DNA of 55,094 bases from Thermoflexia bacterium (lineage in GTDB: Bacteria > Chloroflexota > Anaerolineae > B4-G1 > SLSP01). This document shows positions 1 through 9,411 of the stretch, piece by piece. How positions within the stretch are numbered: the first letter of the stretch is position 1; the number at the start of each line of letters is the position of its first letter. The notes under the pieces are model-generated. The model was not told the DNA's origin, ran no database searches, and saw only the letters and a program-made list of their open reading frames with translations. The position numbers were made by a program, and so were the translations under genes. The DNA lies in the NCBI GenBank assembly GCA_011192175.1, contig DUEJ01000012.1:1-55094 (forward strand), in the 5' to 3' direction.

Positions 1-1
1 G

Positions 2-289
2 AATGAGGGACAGTCATGGGCGCATTTTTTATTTATTCTGTGGGCAGTTCCCAGAGCGGGCTCGAGGAAGACCCGTTTGGGGTTAGTAGCCAGCCGGAAG
101 GTAGGGAATGCGGTTGCGCGTAATCGCGCCCGACGTCTGTTGCGGGAAGCGGCCCGCCAGCTATACGGACATGTACCCCCCGGTTGGGACATCATCCTCT
201 TGGCCCGCCGCCCTATCTTGCAAGTAAAAGAGCCGTGCGTGGAAACCGCTTTGGCGAGGATGCTTCAGCGGGTCGAGCTCTGGTCATAA
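2..289 (+). CDS. rnpA: Ribonuclease P protein component (5' partial, runs off window start)
   Basis: The frame is open from nt 2. [20 protein letters not shown] matches the RnpA RNR motif. It is followed by yidD and yidC, as in the conserved cluster. Confidence 0.85.
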   Translation, partial: NEGQSWAHFLFILWAVPRAGSRKTRLGLVASRKVGNAVARNRARRLLREAARQLYGHVPPGWDIILLARRPILQVKEPCVETALARMLQRVELWS

Positions 290-308
290 TCCGGTAGATT
301 GGTATTTT

Positions 309-518
309 ATGCAAAAGCTGGTGTTGGGACTAATCCGTTTCTATCAACGTGCAATTTCTCCGCTCTTTCCACCAACCTGTCGTTTTACTCCCACTTGTTC
401 TGCTTATAGTTTTGAAGCTATTTCCCGCTATGGTTTGTGGAAAGGCGGTAAGTTGGCCTTCAAGCGGATTTCTCGTTGTCACCCCTTTAATCCTGGGGGG
501 TATGATCCAGTTCCTTGA
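309..518 (+). CDS. yidD: Membrane protein insertion efficiency factor YidD
   Basis: 69 aa with the [10 protein letters not shown] and [13 protein letters not shown] motifs typical of YidD. It starts 19 nt after the rnpA stop. Confidence 0.9.
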   Translation: MQKLVLGLIRFYQRAISPLFPPTCRFTPTCSAYSFEAISRYGLWKGGKLAFKRISRCHPFNPGGYDPVP

Positions 519-531
519 ATTAGGAGGAAAG

Positions 532-1674
532 ATGAAGTTTTGGCAAAATATCTCAACCAGGTCTCGGTCGCAACTGGCCTTAGGCTGCCTGTTGTTGATG
601 CTCTTAGTTACCTTTACCGGTTGCAGTGGCGCAGCGCGGGCCGAGAGTTGGCCGGGTTTGTTGGTGCAAGCGGATATCCTTTACGTGGCAAATATCGATC
701 AGGTGCAGGCTTTCGATGTCCAGAGCGGAGAAACTCTCTGGACATTCCCGGCTGAACCGGATGCCAAAAGCGGATTCTACTCCACTCCGGTGTTGGATGA
801 GAAGCGAGAGTTATTGTTGGTCGCCGGTCTCAATGATCAGACTGTCCACGCTCTTCGCTTGGGAGATTCCCATGACCAGACGCCCGGGTTGGCCTGGGAG
901 TTTTCTGGCGCTGGAGGACAGTATGTAGGAGAAGGCGTTATTGCTGGCGATCTTTTTCTGATCGGTAACGGCGATGGCAAACTCTACGCTCTCAATCTGG
1001 CAGATGGCTCTCTGGCCTGGACCTTTGCTACTCAAGATCGCATTTGGGCGACTCCGTTGGTAGTCGACGAGCTGGTGTATGTGGCTTCATTGGATCATCA
1101 TTGCTATGCTTTATCATTAGAGAGCGGTGCGGAACAATGGCGACTAGGAACCACCGGCGCGATCGCTGTTTCTCCGGTGCTGGCCGGGGGCCATATCTGG
1201 TTGGGAAATTTTGGTGATCAGATCTATCAAGTCGATCCCCAATCAGGCGCGGTGGTCTGGACATTTGAGGGTGGCGCGAGCTGGTTCTGGGCTACGCCTT
1301 TGGTCTCTGAATCGACTATCTATTTTGCGGATGTGGGCGGAGAGGTCTTTGCGTTTGATATCGCTTCTCAGGAGCTTCTCTGGCGCACGTCCATTGATGC
1401 GATCTTCCGTGGCCGAGGGGTCTTCAACGTTGATGGCACTCAGCTGCTCTTGCCGGCCCATGAGCGCGGGTTGATCTACGCATTAGACGCCGAGACGGGA
1501 GATAGACTGCCCTGGGGCGAGGTGCTGGAAAATCCAGGACGCTTACCTGGCAATCTGGTCACGGATGGCGAGCGAGTTTACGCGGCGCCGATCATGATCT
1601 CTACACGGGTGCAGGCTTTCGCAGTATCCAATGGTAGAGAGCTCTGGCAATATCCGGTGGCGGAAGAAAAATAG
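532..1674 (+). CDS. PQQ-like beta-propeller repeat lipoprotein (BamB/YfgL-like fold)
   Basis: ATG at 532 is preceded by AGGAGG (522-527). The signal peptide has the lipobox LVTFTG-C. Blade motifs recur (KLYALNLADGSLAW, CYALSLESGAEQW, IYQVDPQSGAVVW, VFAFDIASQELLW, IYALDAETGD). The longer 349 start overlaps yidD and is rejected. Confidence 0.75.
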   Translation: MKFWQNISTRSRSQLALGCLLLMLLVTFTGCSGAARAESWPGLLVQADILYVANIDQVQAFDVQSGETLWTFPAEPDAKSGFYSTPVLDEKRELLLVAGLNDQTVHALRLGDSHDQTPGLAWEFSGAGGQYVGEGVIAGDLFLIGNGDGKLYALNLADGSLAWTFATQDRIWATPLVVDELVYVASLDHHCYALSLESGAEQWRLGTTGAIAVSPVLAGGHIWLGNFGDQIYQVDPQSGAVVWTFEGGASWFWATPLVSESTIYFADVGGEVFAFDIASQELLWRTSIDAIFRGRGVFNVDGTQLLLPAHERGLIYALDAETGDRLPWGEVLENPGRLPGNLVTDGERVYAAPIMISTRVQAFAVSNGRELWQYPVAEEK

Positions 1675-1781
1675 TCTCTCTAAGGGAGAGCCGGGGGCCG
1701 GAATGGCATAAATTTTAACTAGATGCTGATAATTCGTAGTGTGCGATAAGGGCAGCTTTCAGTTCAACTTTAGGAGATGTT

Positions 1782-2522
1782 ATGTGGGATGCGATTGTAG
1801 TTGATCCAATCACAAATTTGTTACTCTTGTTCTATAGTTTGTTGAATGGGCAGACTCTTTTAGCTGTGGCATTGCTTACCGTGCTTATCCGTTTAGCGAT
1901 GATTCCTTTGACGATAAAGCAGCAAAAGAGTATGCAGCAACAGCGTAAACTTCAGCCGAAGCTGAAGATAATTCAGGAAAAATATAAGAACGATCAAGAG
2001 CGTTTAGGGCAAGAGCAGATGAAGCTCTATCGGGAAGCGGGAGTTAATCCAGCTAGCGGCTGTTTGCCGTTGTTGATTCAACTACCCTTAATGCTAGGTC
2101 TTTACCGCGCTATTATTCGCGCGCTGGCTGCAACCCCGCTGGGATTATTGGAGCTAGCTCCTCATATTTACAGGGTGGATTGGCTCCCGAACTTGAGTGC
2201 TTTACTTCCTTTGCAAAGTCAGTTTTGGTGGCTGGATTTAGCCCTGCCCGACCCTTATTATATTTTGCCGGTTCTGGTAGTGATAACGAGTTGGATTCAA
2301 CAGAAGCTTATCTCGGCCATGACGCCTACTACCGCTTCTTCCAAAGATGATCAGGCGCAGGCCATGACGCAATCCATGCAAGTTACGATGCCGCTCTTCA
2401 TGGGTTTTGTCTCCATGAGCTACGCCTCTGGACTTTCCGTATATCTGGTCATTTCTAACCTGGTAGGTATTTTCCAGTATTATCTGATCGGGCAGTCCGA
2501 CGATGATGATGTAGCTGAGTAA
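1782..2522 (+). CDS. yidC: YidC/Oxa1-family membrane protein insertase (short form)
   Basis: 246 aa and multi-TM. It carries KLQPKLKIIQEKYKNDQERLGQEQMKLYREAGVNPASGCLPLLIQLP, the hallmark YidC region. RBS AGGAG lies upstream. Confidence 0.85.
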   Translation: MWDAIVVDPITNLLLLFYSLLNGQTLLAVALLTVLIRLAMIPLTIKQQKSMQQQRKLQPKLKIIQEKYKNDQERLGQEQMKLYREAGVNPASGCLPLLIQLPLMLGLYRAIIRALAATPLGLLELAPHIYRVDWLPNLSALLPLQSQFWWLDLALPDPYYILPVLVVITSWIQQKLISAMTPTTASSKDDQAQAMTQSMQVTMPLFMGFVSMSYASGLSVYLVISNLVGIFQYYLIGQSDDDDVAE

Positions 2523-2620
2523 GTGGTTAGGGGTGGCAGTTTTGAGATGTAAACGGGAACAGATATAGAGAGCCGACGAAGATGAAAATGAACGCAATGG
2601 TAAGCTAGGAGGCTACGCAG

Positions 2621-3514
2621 ATGAAATCCAAAGGGTGGGTGGAGATTGAGGCTCCCACTGTTGATGAGTCGCTTATTCTAGGATTGACACAGTTGGGCAT
2701 TGCCCGCGACGAGGCCGATATCACAGTGTTGGACGAGGGAAGTACGGGATTCCTAGGTATAGGTGCGCGAGAAGCTCGAGTGCGAGTGGAGCGTAAAGTT
2801 GCTTCCGCGCCAGCTGAGGAGCTCGTTAATGAGGAACCGATTATTGTTCAGAAAGAAGCCGTGCCGTTGGAACAGCCGCCGGTTGCAAAGAAACCTGATG
2901 TGCGAAAGAAGGTGGAGGAATATCAGGAAAAACCAGCGGAAAGCACTGCCGCTCTCTTGCCGGCTAAGTCCTTAAAGGCGCCTTCCCCGAGAGCGCAGGA
3001 ATCCCAAGTAGAGGTACAGGAACCCCAGCCAGAAATGGAAGTAACGGAAGAGCAGGCGGGCATCAATGTGACGGTATTGGAGATAGCTGAAAATCTCTTC
3101 GGAGCGTTGGAGATAGAGCTGGAAGTGATTTGGCGCGTGGGGGATGGTAAGGATCGACCAGAATTATGGCTTTCTCTACAAGGGGAAGATGCTGCTCTGT
3201 TGGCAGAGCCAGAGGTTTTGAATGCGGCGCAATTTTTGACGCGCATCCTGGTGCGCAGCAAAAATGACGGCAATTTTAATCTGATTTTGGACGCTGGCGG
3301 TCACCGCTGGCATCACACCCATAAGTTGCAACAGCTGGCCCTACAGACGGCAGAAAAAGCTACCCGCTTGGATCGCCCGGTACGCTTGCAGCCTATGACT
3401 TCGCGCGAGCGGCGTTACGTTCACATGGTATTGCGCCATGATTCCCGGGTACGCACGCAGAGCTACGGTTCCGGGAAGGGCCGGGCCGTGACTGTTTTTC
3501 CGACGAAAGAGTAG
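2621..3514 (+). CDS. jag: Jag/KhpB-like RNA-binding protein (Jag_N, KH-like, R3H)
   Basis: The N-terminal Jag-like segment is followed by a low-complexity E/P/K linker and a C-terminal R3H-type segment (RERRYVHMVLRHDSRVRTQSYGSGKGRAVTVFP). It has the canonical position after yidC. Confidence 0.75.
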   Translation: MKSKGWVEIEAPTVDESLILGLTQLGIARDEADITVLDEGSTGFLGIGAREARVRVERKVASAPAEELVNEEPIIVQKEAVPLEQPPVAKKPDVRKKVEEYQEKPAESTAALLPAKSLKAPSPRAQESQVEVQEPQPEMEVTEEQAGINVTVLEIAENLFGALEIELEVIWRVGDGKDRPELWLSLQGEDAALLAEPEVLNAAQFLTRILVRSKNDGNFNLILDAGGHRWHHTHKLQQLALQTAEKATRLDRPVRLQPMTSRERRYVHMVLRHDSRVRTQSYGSGKGRAVTVFPTKE

Positions 3515-3532
3515 CGCGGGCCGTAGCTCATT

Positions 3533-4357
3533 GTGAAGCTGGATATGACGCGCGTTTATGCCTTCGCTAATCAAAAGGGAGGGGTGGGGAAGACTACCAC
3601 GGTGGTGAACCTGGCGGCCGTGATGGCTGACTGGGGGCTACGGGTGTTGGTGGTGGATATTGATCCGCAGAGCAACGCCACCACCAGCCTCGGAGTGCAT
3701 GTACGCACACTGCCGGTTTCCATTTACGAAGTGTTGATTGGCGAGTGTAGTCTGGCAGAGGCGGTGGTACATACTGCATGGGAAGGGTTGGACTTACTCC
3801 CTAGCACGCCAGCTCTGGCCGGCGCGACCGTGGAACTGAATAACCTGACTGACCCTCGTGAGCGAGCGGGACGGTTGCGACAATTGCTAGCTCCGGTGGC
3901 GGGATATGATTATCTCCTGATCGATTCTCCCCCCAGTTTGGGGATATTGACTGTCAATAGCCTTACCGCGGCGCAGAGCGTTATCATCCCTGTCCAGTGT
4001 GAATATCTGGCCCTGGAAGGGCTATCTCAGCTTATGAATACTATCCAGTTGATCCAGCGTGGCTTAAATCCCACGCTGGGAGTGCGGGGCTTGGTGATGA
4101 CGATGTTTGATAAGCGCACCAATCTCTCTCAGGAAGTGGTAGCGGAAGTTCAACGTCATTTCCCGCACCAAGTCTTTAGGATACTCATCCCGCGTAACGT
4201 GCGGGTCAGTGAAGCTCCCAGCTATGGAGAGCCGGTGATCTTCTATTCCGCGCGTTCAAGTGGCGCGTTAGCCTACCGCGTGCTGGCCTGGGAGCTATTG
4301 CAGCATGATGGTCACGTGGTGGATTGGACGCCACCCCGCCAAGTTTTTGAGGATTGA
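3533..4357 (+). CDS. parA: ParA/Soj-family chromosome partitioning ATPase
   Basis: Deviant Walker A NQKGGVGKTTT and the overall Soj pattern (DIDPQSNAT, LLIDSPPSLG). The start is ambiguous between GTG 3533 and ATG 3545. Confidence 0.85.
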   Translation: MKLDMTRVYAFANQKGGVGKTTTVVNLAAVMADWGLRVLVVDIDPQSNATTSLGVHVRTLPVSIYEVLIGECSLAEAVVHTAWEGLDLLPSTPALAGATVELNNLTDPRERAGRLRQLLAPVAGYDYLLIDSPPSLGILTVNSLTAAQSVIIPVQCEYLALEGLSQLMNTIQLIQRGLNPTLGVRGLVMTMFDKRTNLSQEVVAEVQRHFPHQVFRILIPRNVRVSEAPSYGEPVIFYSARSSGALAYRVLAWELLQHDGHVVDWTPPRQVFED

Positions 4358-4440
4358 AAAACTGGATGCCAAGAATCGTCTACGCACTGCGGCTGACGCA
4401 GTTTGCCTGGATTAAGTAAAACCGGCAATTCGTCCACGTA

Positions 4441-4476
4441 AAACAGCCTGGTCATTCATTTGACCAGGCTGTTTTT
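4441..4476 (+). terminator. Rho-independent terminator after parA
   Basis: Hairpin AACAGCCTGGTCA-TTCATT-TGACCAGGCTGTT followed by TTTT. Confidence 0.6.
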
Positions 4477-4772
4477 GAATTAGGGAACTATTAAGGTCTA
4501 GCGTTCACGTAACTGACCAGTAGCCTCTAACCCTCTGGGGAGGATATCACCTGAGAGCGGCACGCACAGTACCCGCGGAACCTCGGTGGCAAAGCCGCCT
4601 CCAGTATTGGAGTACGGTGTAATAACCTCACTTTTTTCTGCGGAATACGCCAACATCTCCTCGTCGGAGAAAAACTGCTCCAAGATATTGAGAGGAAATC
4701 AGAAGTTTTTCTCTGCGCGTCTCGGTGCAACACTCTGTGTCACCAGAGGTCGAGCAGTTAAAATTGGGTTCT

Positions 4773-6185
4773 CTAATTCCCGCTTCCCAAAACCCTCACC
4801 AATTCGACCAGATCATCAAAGACCAGCTCTGGATGGATAGGCGACTGCGCCAGCTCCTCCCGCCGTTGGATGCCGGAGAGCAATAACGCGGTGTGGAGTC
4901 CCTGCCGCAGGCCGCCCAAAATATCGGTGTCCAGCCGGTCCCCAATCATCAAGGTCTCGGCGGGATCCGCGGCCATTCGCGCTAACGCCTGCTGGTAGAG
5001 TATCGGTTCCGGCTTACCCACCACCAGCGGCTTGATATCTGTGGCAGCCTCCAAGAGAGCCAACTGCGAGCCGGCGCCGGGCACTAAGCCCCGCTCGCTG
5101 GGGAAGGTCCGGTCGGGGTTGGTGCCGATGAAGGTAGCACCTCTGCGAATGAGCAAGGTGGCTTTGGCCATATCGTACCAAGTAGTCTTAGGACTCCAGC
5201 CCACGACGACGTAATCCGCCGCGTCGCCGGTGGAGAGCCGGAAACCCTGCGCGCGCAGGGCCGCGGGGACTCCCGCGCCGCCCACGGGATAGACAAGTGC
5301 GCCTGGCGCGGCGTTCTTCGCCAGGTAGCTGGCGGCGGCCAGTGCGGAACTGAGCACGTGTTCTACACTCGTCGCCACTCCCAGGCGAGCTAATTTCTCC
5401 ACGTATTGCTCCGGGGTGCGGCTGGCGTTGTTGGTTACTAGAGTGTAACGTAAGTTGCGTTTTTGGAGCAGCTCGAAGAACTCCAAAAATCCGGGAAGCG
5501 GCTCTTCGCCGCGCCAGAGCACGCCGTCCATATCGCAGATGACGGCGCGAATCGCCCGCAACATCTCTGCCGGGTCACGTTGCGCGGTCTGCGCGCGGAG
5601 AGCAGCGTAGGCTGCCAGCGTGTCCACGTCCGCCAGCAGACGCGGATCGGTCACCGGCAGCGTGACCAGGCGGTCAGCGTGGGCGGCGAAGAGCGCGCGG
5701 CCTCCCACATCCCCGGAGAGTTGCGCCAGCGCGGGGAAGAGGGTGCGCGCGAAGAGTACCGGGCCGCCGCGTCGTCCCTGGTGAGTGGGTACGACGATAT
5801 CCGCGCCGCTCGCGCGCCAACGCGCCACCAACGCTTGCAGAAATTGCGGCGTGAGGCCAGGCTGATCCACCGGGAGAAAGACCGCGGCTTCAATGGAAGC
5901 CGGCAAGGCCGCCAATCCCACACTCAAGCTGCTACTCAGACCCTCTGCCCAACGGTAATTGCGCAAAATCTGGCAGGGACGCCCCTCCAACGCCGGGATG
6001 ACGCGCTCAGCCTCCGCGCCTACCACCACGGTCACGGGCGTCAGCCCCGCGCTCCAGGCCAGGTCAACGCTATGGGCCACCAGCGGGCGACCATCCCACT
6101 CCAATAACTGTTTAGCTTCTCCAAACCGGGTCGAACCGCCGGCGGCCAAGACCACGGTGGCAACTTTAGAACCAATCATCTTCAA
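4773..6185 (-). CDS. Fusion protein: MobA/MocA-like nucleotidyltransferase plus HAD-IIA (NagD-like) phosphatase
   Basis: The N-terminal VLAAGGSTRFGEAKQLLEWDGRPL is a MobA-like NTP-transferase motif. The C-terminal half has the HAD motif I CDMDGVLW, TNNASRT and GDRLDTDI, as in the NagD subfamily. TTG start lies 6 nt after GGAGG. Confidence 0.7.
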   Translation of the reverse strand: MKMIGSKVATVVLAAGGSTRFGEAKQLLEWDGRPLVAHSVDLAWSAGLTPVTVVVGAEAERVIPALEGRPCQILRNYRWAEGLSSSLSVGLAALPASIEAAVFLPVDQPGLTPQFLQALVARWRASGADIVVPTHQGRRGGPVLFARTLFPALAQLSGDVGGRALFAAHADRLVTLPVTDPRLLADVDTLAAYAALRAQTAQRDPAEMLRAIRAVICDMDGVLWRGEEPLPGFLEFFELLQKRNLRYTLVTNNASRTPEQYVEKLARLGVATSVEHVLSSALAAASYLAKNAAPGALVYPVGGAGVPAALRAQGFRLSTGDAADYVVVGWSPKTTWYDMAKATLLIRRGATFIGTNPDRTFPSERGLVPGAGSQLALLEAATDIKPLVVGKPEPILYQQALARMAADPAETLMIGDRLDTDILGGLRQGLHTALLLSGIQRREELAQSPIHPELVFDDLVELVRVLGSGN

Positions 6186-6567
6186 GGAATACCTCCTGGT
6201 TAATAAGAGAGCTCATTGTACCGAGAAAATAGAGGTTCAGCAAGTCTAGCTCTTGTTTGTTTCTGCCTTACCCATGTTGGATTTTGGACAAAAGAATGGT
6301 TTGGGGCTACTAAAAAAACTAAACATTTCACCACGGAGATCTTAAGTTAACCGTTAGAAAATTAACTTTTTGACCGGTAAAGTGAGCTATCCTTCTCCTA
6401 AATTTTAAGCTTCTGCTCCGGGTCTCTCTGGTGAGTTGACTTTTTTAGGAAAGCCAACATTTCCCGCTGGGGATACTATATCCTGGCAGTAACGTTTCGC
6501 GTAATATAAAGCACTCACTTTCAATTTTATTGGTTTGCGGTTAAAATAGCCGGGTGGAGAGAAGATC

Positions 6568-7518
6568 GTGAAAAAAAGCTTAGTGCGTTTAGGGAGTGTC
6601 TTTCTGGTCGGGTTCTTGACGCTGGGAATGGTGCTAGGTAATGTCCGTCTGGCGCAATTAGACCCCTCTCTGGTGCGTATGCGCCCCACGCTCCAGTCGC
6701 TGGCGTCCACAGCGACGTTTTACCCCACGGTAGAGCCGGAAACGCCTCTCCCCGTGGGAAGTGCGACCCGGCCCTGCACGCCCACTCCACGCTCCGCGCT
6801 GATCGAGCAGTGCGCGCCGCCGGATGGGTGGTTGCCCTATGCGGTGCAGCCCGGCGATACGCTCGTCTCTCTGGCGTGGCAGGCACAGATTCCGGAATAC
6901 GCCTTGAGACGAAGTAACTGTCTGGGCGCCAGTCCAATCGTGGTCGGCGAAGTGCTCTATCTGCCGCCTGGTGCGGTATTTACCCCCACGCCCCCCCCGG
7001 CGCGCTGTGGGCCGCCACTCTATTGGCGCGTGGCTTACGTGAGCCAGGGCGATACGTTATATCGGTTGGCTGTCCGTTACGGGACCACCGTCGCGGAAAT
7101 CCGTTGGGCCAATTGCCTCTCGGGGAACAGTATCTACCCCGGTCAGCCGCTCTATCTTCCCGCGCAGATGGTGATCACGCCGACCTGGACCCCTCCGCCG
7201 ACGCCAACGCTCATGCCGCCGACTTTCACTCCCTCCCCCTCCGCAACTGCCATCCCGACGCTCTCCGTCACCAGCACCCCCACGGTCACGCTTATCCCCA
7301 CCTACACAGTGACGCCGACTAATACACCCACGCCGGTAATCAGTGCTACGGCAACCCTCACACCGACCCTTTCCGCCACGCCGACTGCTACCTTGACGCC
7401 CACTCCTACTGAGAGCCAATCACCCACGCCTACGGTGACCTGCGCGCCCACGGCGACACTAACTACTCCCCCGACCGCCACCTTCACGCCCAGTCCCACT
7501 CATACTCCCCAGCCATGA
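6568..7518 (+). CDS. Secreted/membrane-anchored protein with two LysM domains and a Pro/Thr-rich tail
   Basis: N-terminal TM/signal segment. Two LysM-like segments (YAVQPGDTLVSLAW and YVSQGDTLYRLAVRYGTTVAEIRWAN). The C-terminal ~110 aa is almost only T/P/S/A. Confidence 0.75.
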   Translation: MKKSLVRLGSVFLVGFLTLGMVLGNVRLAQLDPSLVRMRPTLQSLASTATFYPTVEPETPLPVGSATRPCTPTPRSALIEQCAPPDGWLPYAVQPGDTLVSLAWQAQIPEYALRRSNCLGASPIVVGEVLYLPPGAVFTPTPPPARCGPPLYWRVAYVSQGDTLYRLAVRYGTTVAEIRWANCLSGNSIYPGQPLYLPAQMVITPTWTPPPTPTLMPPTFTPSPSATAIPTLSVTSTPTVTLIPTYTVTPTNTPTPVISATATLTPTLSATPTATLTPTPTESQSPTPTVTCAPTATLTTPPTATFTPSPTHTPQP

Positions 7519-7638
7519 CTTAGGGAATGACACAATTGGCAGGTTGCGGTGAGCTCGTACCTGCCCTCATCACCAAGATGCAAAGAACGCTAAGCAAAAA
7601 ATAGTTTTGGGTGAAAGTATTTAGCAAAGGATGGGGCC

Positions 7639-8013
7639 ATGACAAAGATATTGCTCATTGAGGATAATCCGTATGATGCACGTCTGGTTAAACAAATTCT
7701 GAAACATCATGATTGTCAGTTTCTCCACGCCCAAGATGCCACTTCTGGTTTGGAGCTAGCTGTAGAACACCGGCCGGATCTGATCTTATTGGATATGGGG
7801 CTACCCGATTTGGATGGGCAGACGGTAATGACTTTGCTGCAACGGAGGACGGAGTTGAAAGCTATGCCCGTGGTGGCCGTGACAGCCTGGCCGCCAGATA
7901 CCGCCCGGGAGATGGCTAAAGCGTATGGTTGCGCTGGTTACATCTCCAAACCCATTAAGGCGCGTCAGTTTTATGCTCAGATTACTGCTTATCTCGCTAG
8001 CGATTCTGAGTAA
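7639..8013 (+). CDS. Single-domain response regulator (CheY-like receiver)
   Basis: 124 aa with ILLIEDNPYD, DLILLDMGLPDLDG and YISKP, which are the receiver-domain signatures. Confidence 0.85.
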   Translation: MTKILLIEDNPYDARLVKQILKHHDCQFLHAQDATSGLELAVEHRPDLILLDMGLPDLDGQTVMTLLQRRTELKAMPVVAVTAWPPDTAREMAKAYGCAGYISKPIKARQFYAQITAYLASDSE

Positions 8014-8024
8014 GGGGAGCGCCG

Positions 8025-8879
8025 ATGACCGCTAAAAAACGTTCCGTAGAATTATTCCCGGCCACGGCATTCCCTATCGAAACTTTGACCGAGACCTATA
8101 ATCGTGCCAGGATTGATTACATCGTGCCCATGCCCATGAACGTGGCGCGTATGAGAGCCTACATCCATAATTACGACGTGGAGTTGGAATCTTCCGTGAT
8201 AGCCACCCTCGGGAGAGAAATAGTCGGGCTGGGGATGCTGGGGGTACGTGACCAACGGGCTTGGATCACGCGGTTGGGCGTAGCGCCCAACAAACGACGT
8301 AATAATGCGGGACAAGGCATGATGGAGTACCTGATTCAGCAGGCTAAGGAACGGGGAGCGCAGCAGGTGACTCTAGAAGTGATCAAGGATAACTGGCCGG
8401 CTTTTTATCTCTTCAAGAAATTAGGGTTTCACGTAACCAGAGAACTGCTGGTGTTACGCCGCCCCCCCATCAAAGCCCAGCTCAAAAGGAAACCATACAC
8501 ACTTACATTCTTAGACGCAGCGACGGTCAGCGCCCTTTTGGAGGGACGGCAGAGCCAACCTTCCTGGTTGGACGAATTGCCCTCACTGCGTAAAGCGGGT
8601 AACTTGGAAGGCTTAAAGATCCGGTTAGTGGATGGTAGCTATGGCTGGGTAGCCTACCAACATGCTCTTTATCAACTAGCGCGGATTGTATTGCAACCAG
8701 AGACCGGCGATAAAATGACAGTGGCCCACGCTCTATTACACGCGCTGCATACGCGACATCTATTACACGACACTAAATTGGAGAATTTGCCAGCGGTTGA
8801 TCCGTACCGGAAAGTTTTTGAAGAGTTTGGCTATCTCGTCTCTTTTACCCGCATCGAGATGCACTTAGATTTGAGCTAG
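8025..8879 (+). CDS. GNAT-family N-acetyltransferase
   Basis: The acetyl-CoA binding pattern RLGVAPNKRRNNAGQGMMEYLIQQAKERGAQQVTLEV...FYLFKKLGF is present. RBS GGGGAG lies upstream. Confidence 0.7.
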   Translation: MTAKKRSVELFPATAFPIETLTETYNRARIDYIVPMPMNVARMRAYIHNYDVELESSVIATLGREIVGLGMLGVRDQRAWITRLGVAPNKRRNNAGQGMMEYLIQQAKERGAQQVTLEVIKDNWPAFYLFKKLGFHVTRELLVLRRPPIKAQLKRKPYTLTFLDAATVSALLEGRQSQPSWLDELPSLRKAGNLEGLKIRLVDGSYGWVAYQHALYQLARIVLQPETGDKMTVAHALLHALHTRHLLHDTKLENLPAVDPYRKVFEEFGYLVSFTRIEMHLDLS

Positions 8880-9262
8880 CGCTCCTGCGAACTATCGTCT
8901 GGCCAGCCCTGCCGTTCACCGCGCGCTCGATGTAAGGCCTCTTCATAACTCTGCCGCACAAAAGGAATCACAAAACCTAGCTCTTCCCGATCCTTAATGC
9001 TGGCCAGTCCCCAACGGCGCAAGATGCGTTCTCCAGCGTGGAAATCATCCACCTGACAACGCCGCTGGAGAATTTCGCGCTCTGTTTTGTAGAGATGTGT
9101 AATTACCACCCCCTCATCTACCAGGAAAGCGAAGAGATAATTCTCCACCTGGTAGCTGGGGCAACCAAACATCGGGCGCGTAGTAACTTTAAGCCATTGG
9201 AGCACCTCGGCTTCAAAAGTTTCACGCAATTTGGCTGATTTTTCCTCCGAATAATACTTCAT
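8876..9262 (-). CDS. Small protein, TfoX-N/YjbR-like fold (tentative)
   Basis: 128 aa. The pattern RPMFGCPSYQVENYLFAFLVDEGVVI resembles the MFG-x-x-y-x-v-x-G-x-mFa motif of TfoX_N-like domains. This is weak recognition only. Confidence 0.35.
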   Translation of the reverse strand: MKYYSEEKSAKLRETFEAEVLQWLKVTTRPMFGCPSYQVENYLFAFLVDEGVVITHLYKTEREILQRRCQVDDFHAGERILRRWGLASIKDREELGFVIPFVRQSYEEALHRARGERQGWPDDSSQER

Positions 9263-9411
9263 ATCCCTCCACCACGCATTAAGCGTATTGTGAAAACTGC
9301 ATGAATATATTTTACGTAAAAAATCGGTATTGGCAATTGCCCTTTTGGGGCGACTGCCACGCTATCCCCGGTAGGCAAACGCCCCCTCTTGAACAATTAC
9401 AATCTAATTTC

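Noticed and set aside
349-531. Upstream extension of the propeller lipoprotein ORF (track start at 349)
   Set aside because: It overlaps yidD almost entirely in another frame. The ATG at 532 has a perfect AGGAGG and is followed directly by a signal peptide and lipobox.
4498-4683. 61-aa minus-strand ORF downstream of the MobA/HAD gene (considered as a small peptide or RiPP precursor)
   Set aside because: It has a TTG start with no SD, no recognisable leader or core features, and no modifying enzymes nearby. It cannot be supported from sequence alone.
1-4772. oriC / DnaA-box cluster or parS sites near the rnpA-parA region
   Set aside because: Scanning by eye found no cluster of TTATCCACA-like boxes and no TGTTNCACGTGAAACA-like palindrome. 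Isolated near-matches such as TTATCCACC at about 29589 are not clustered. The origin, if near, would lie upstream of the window.
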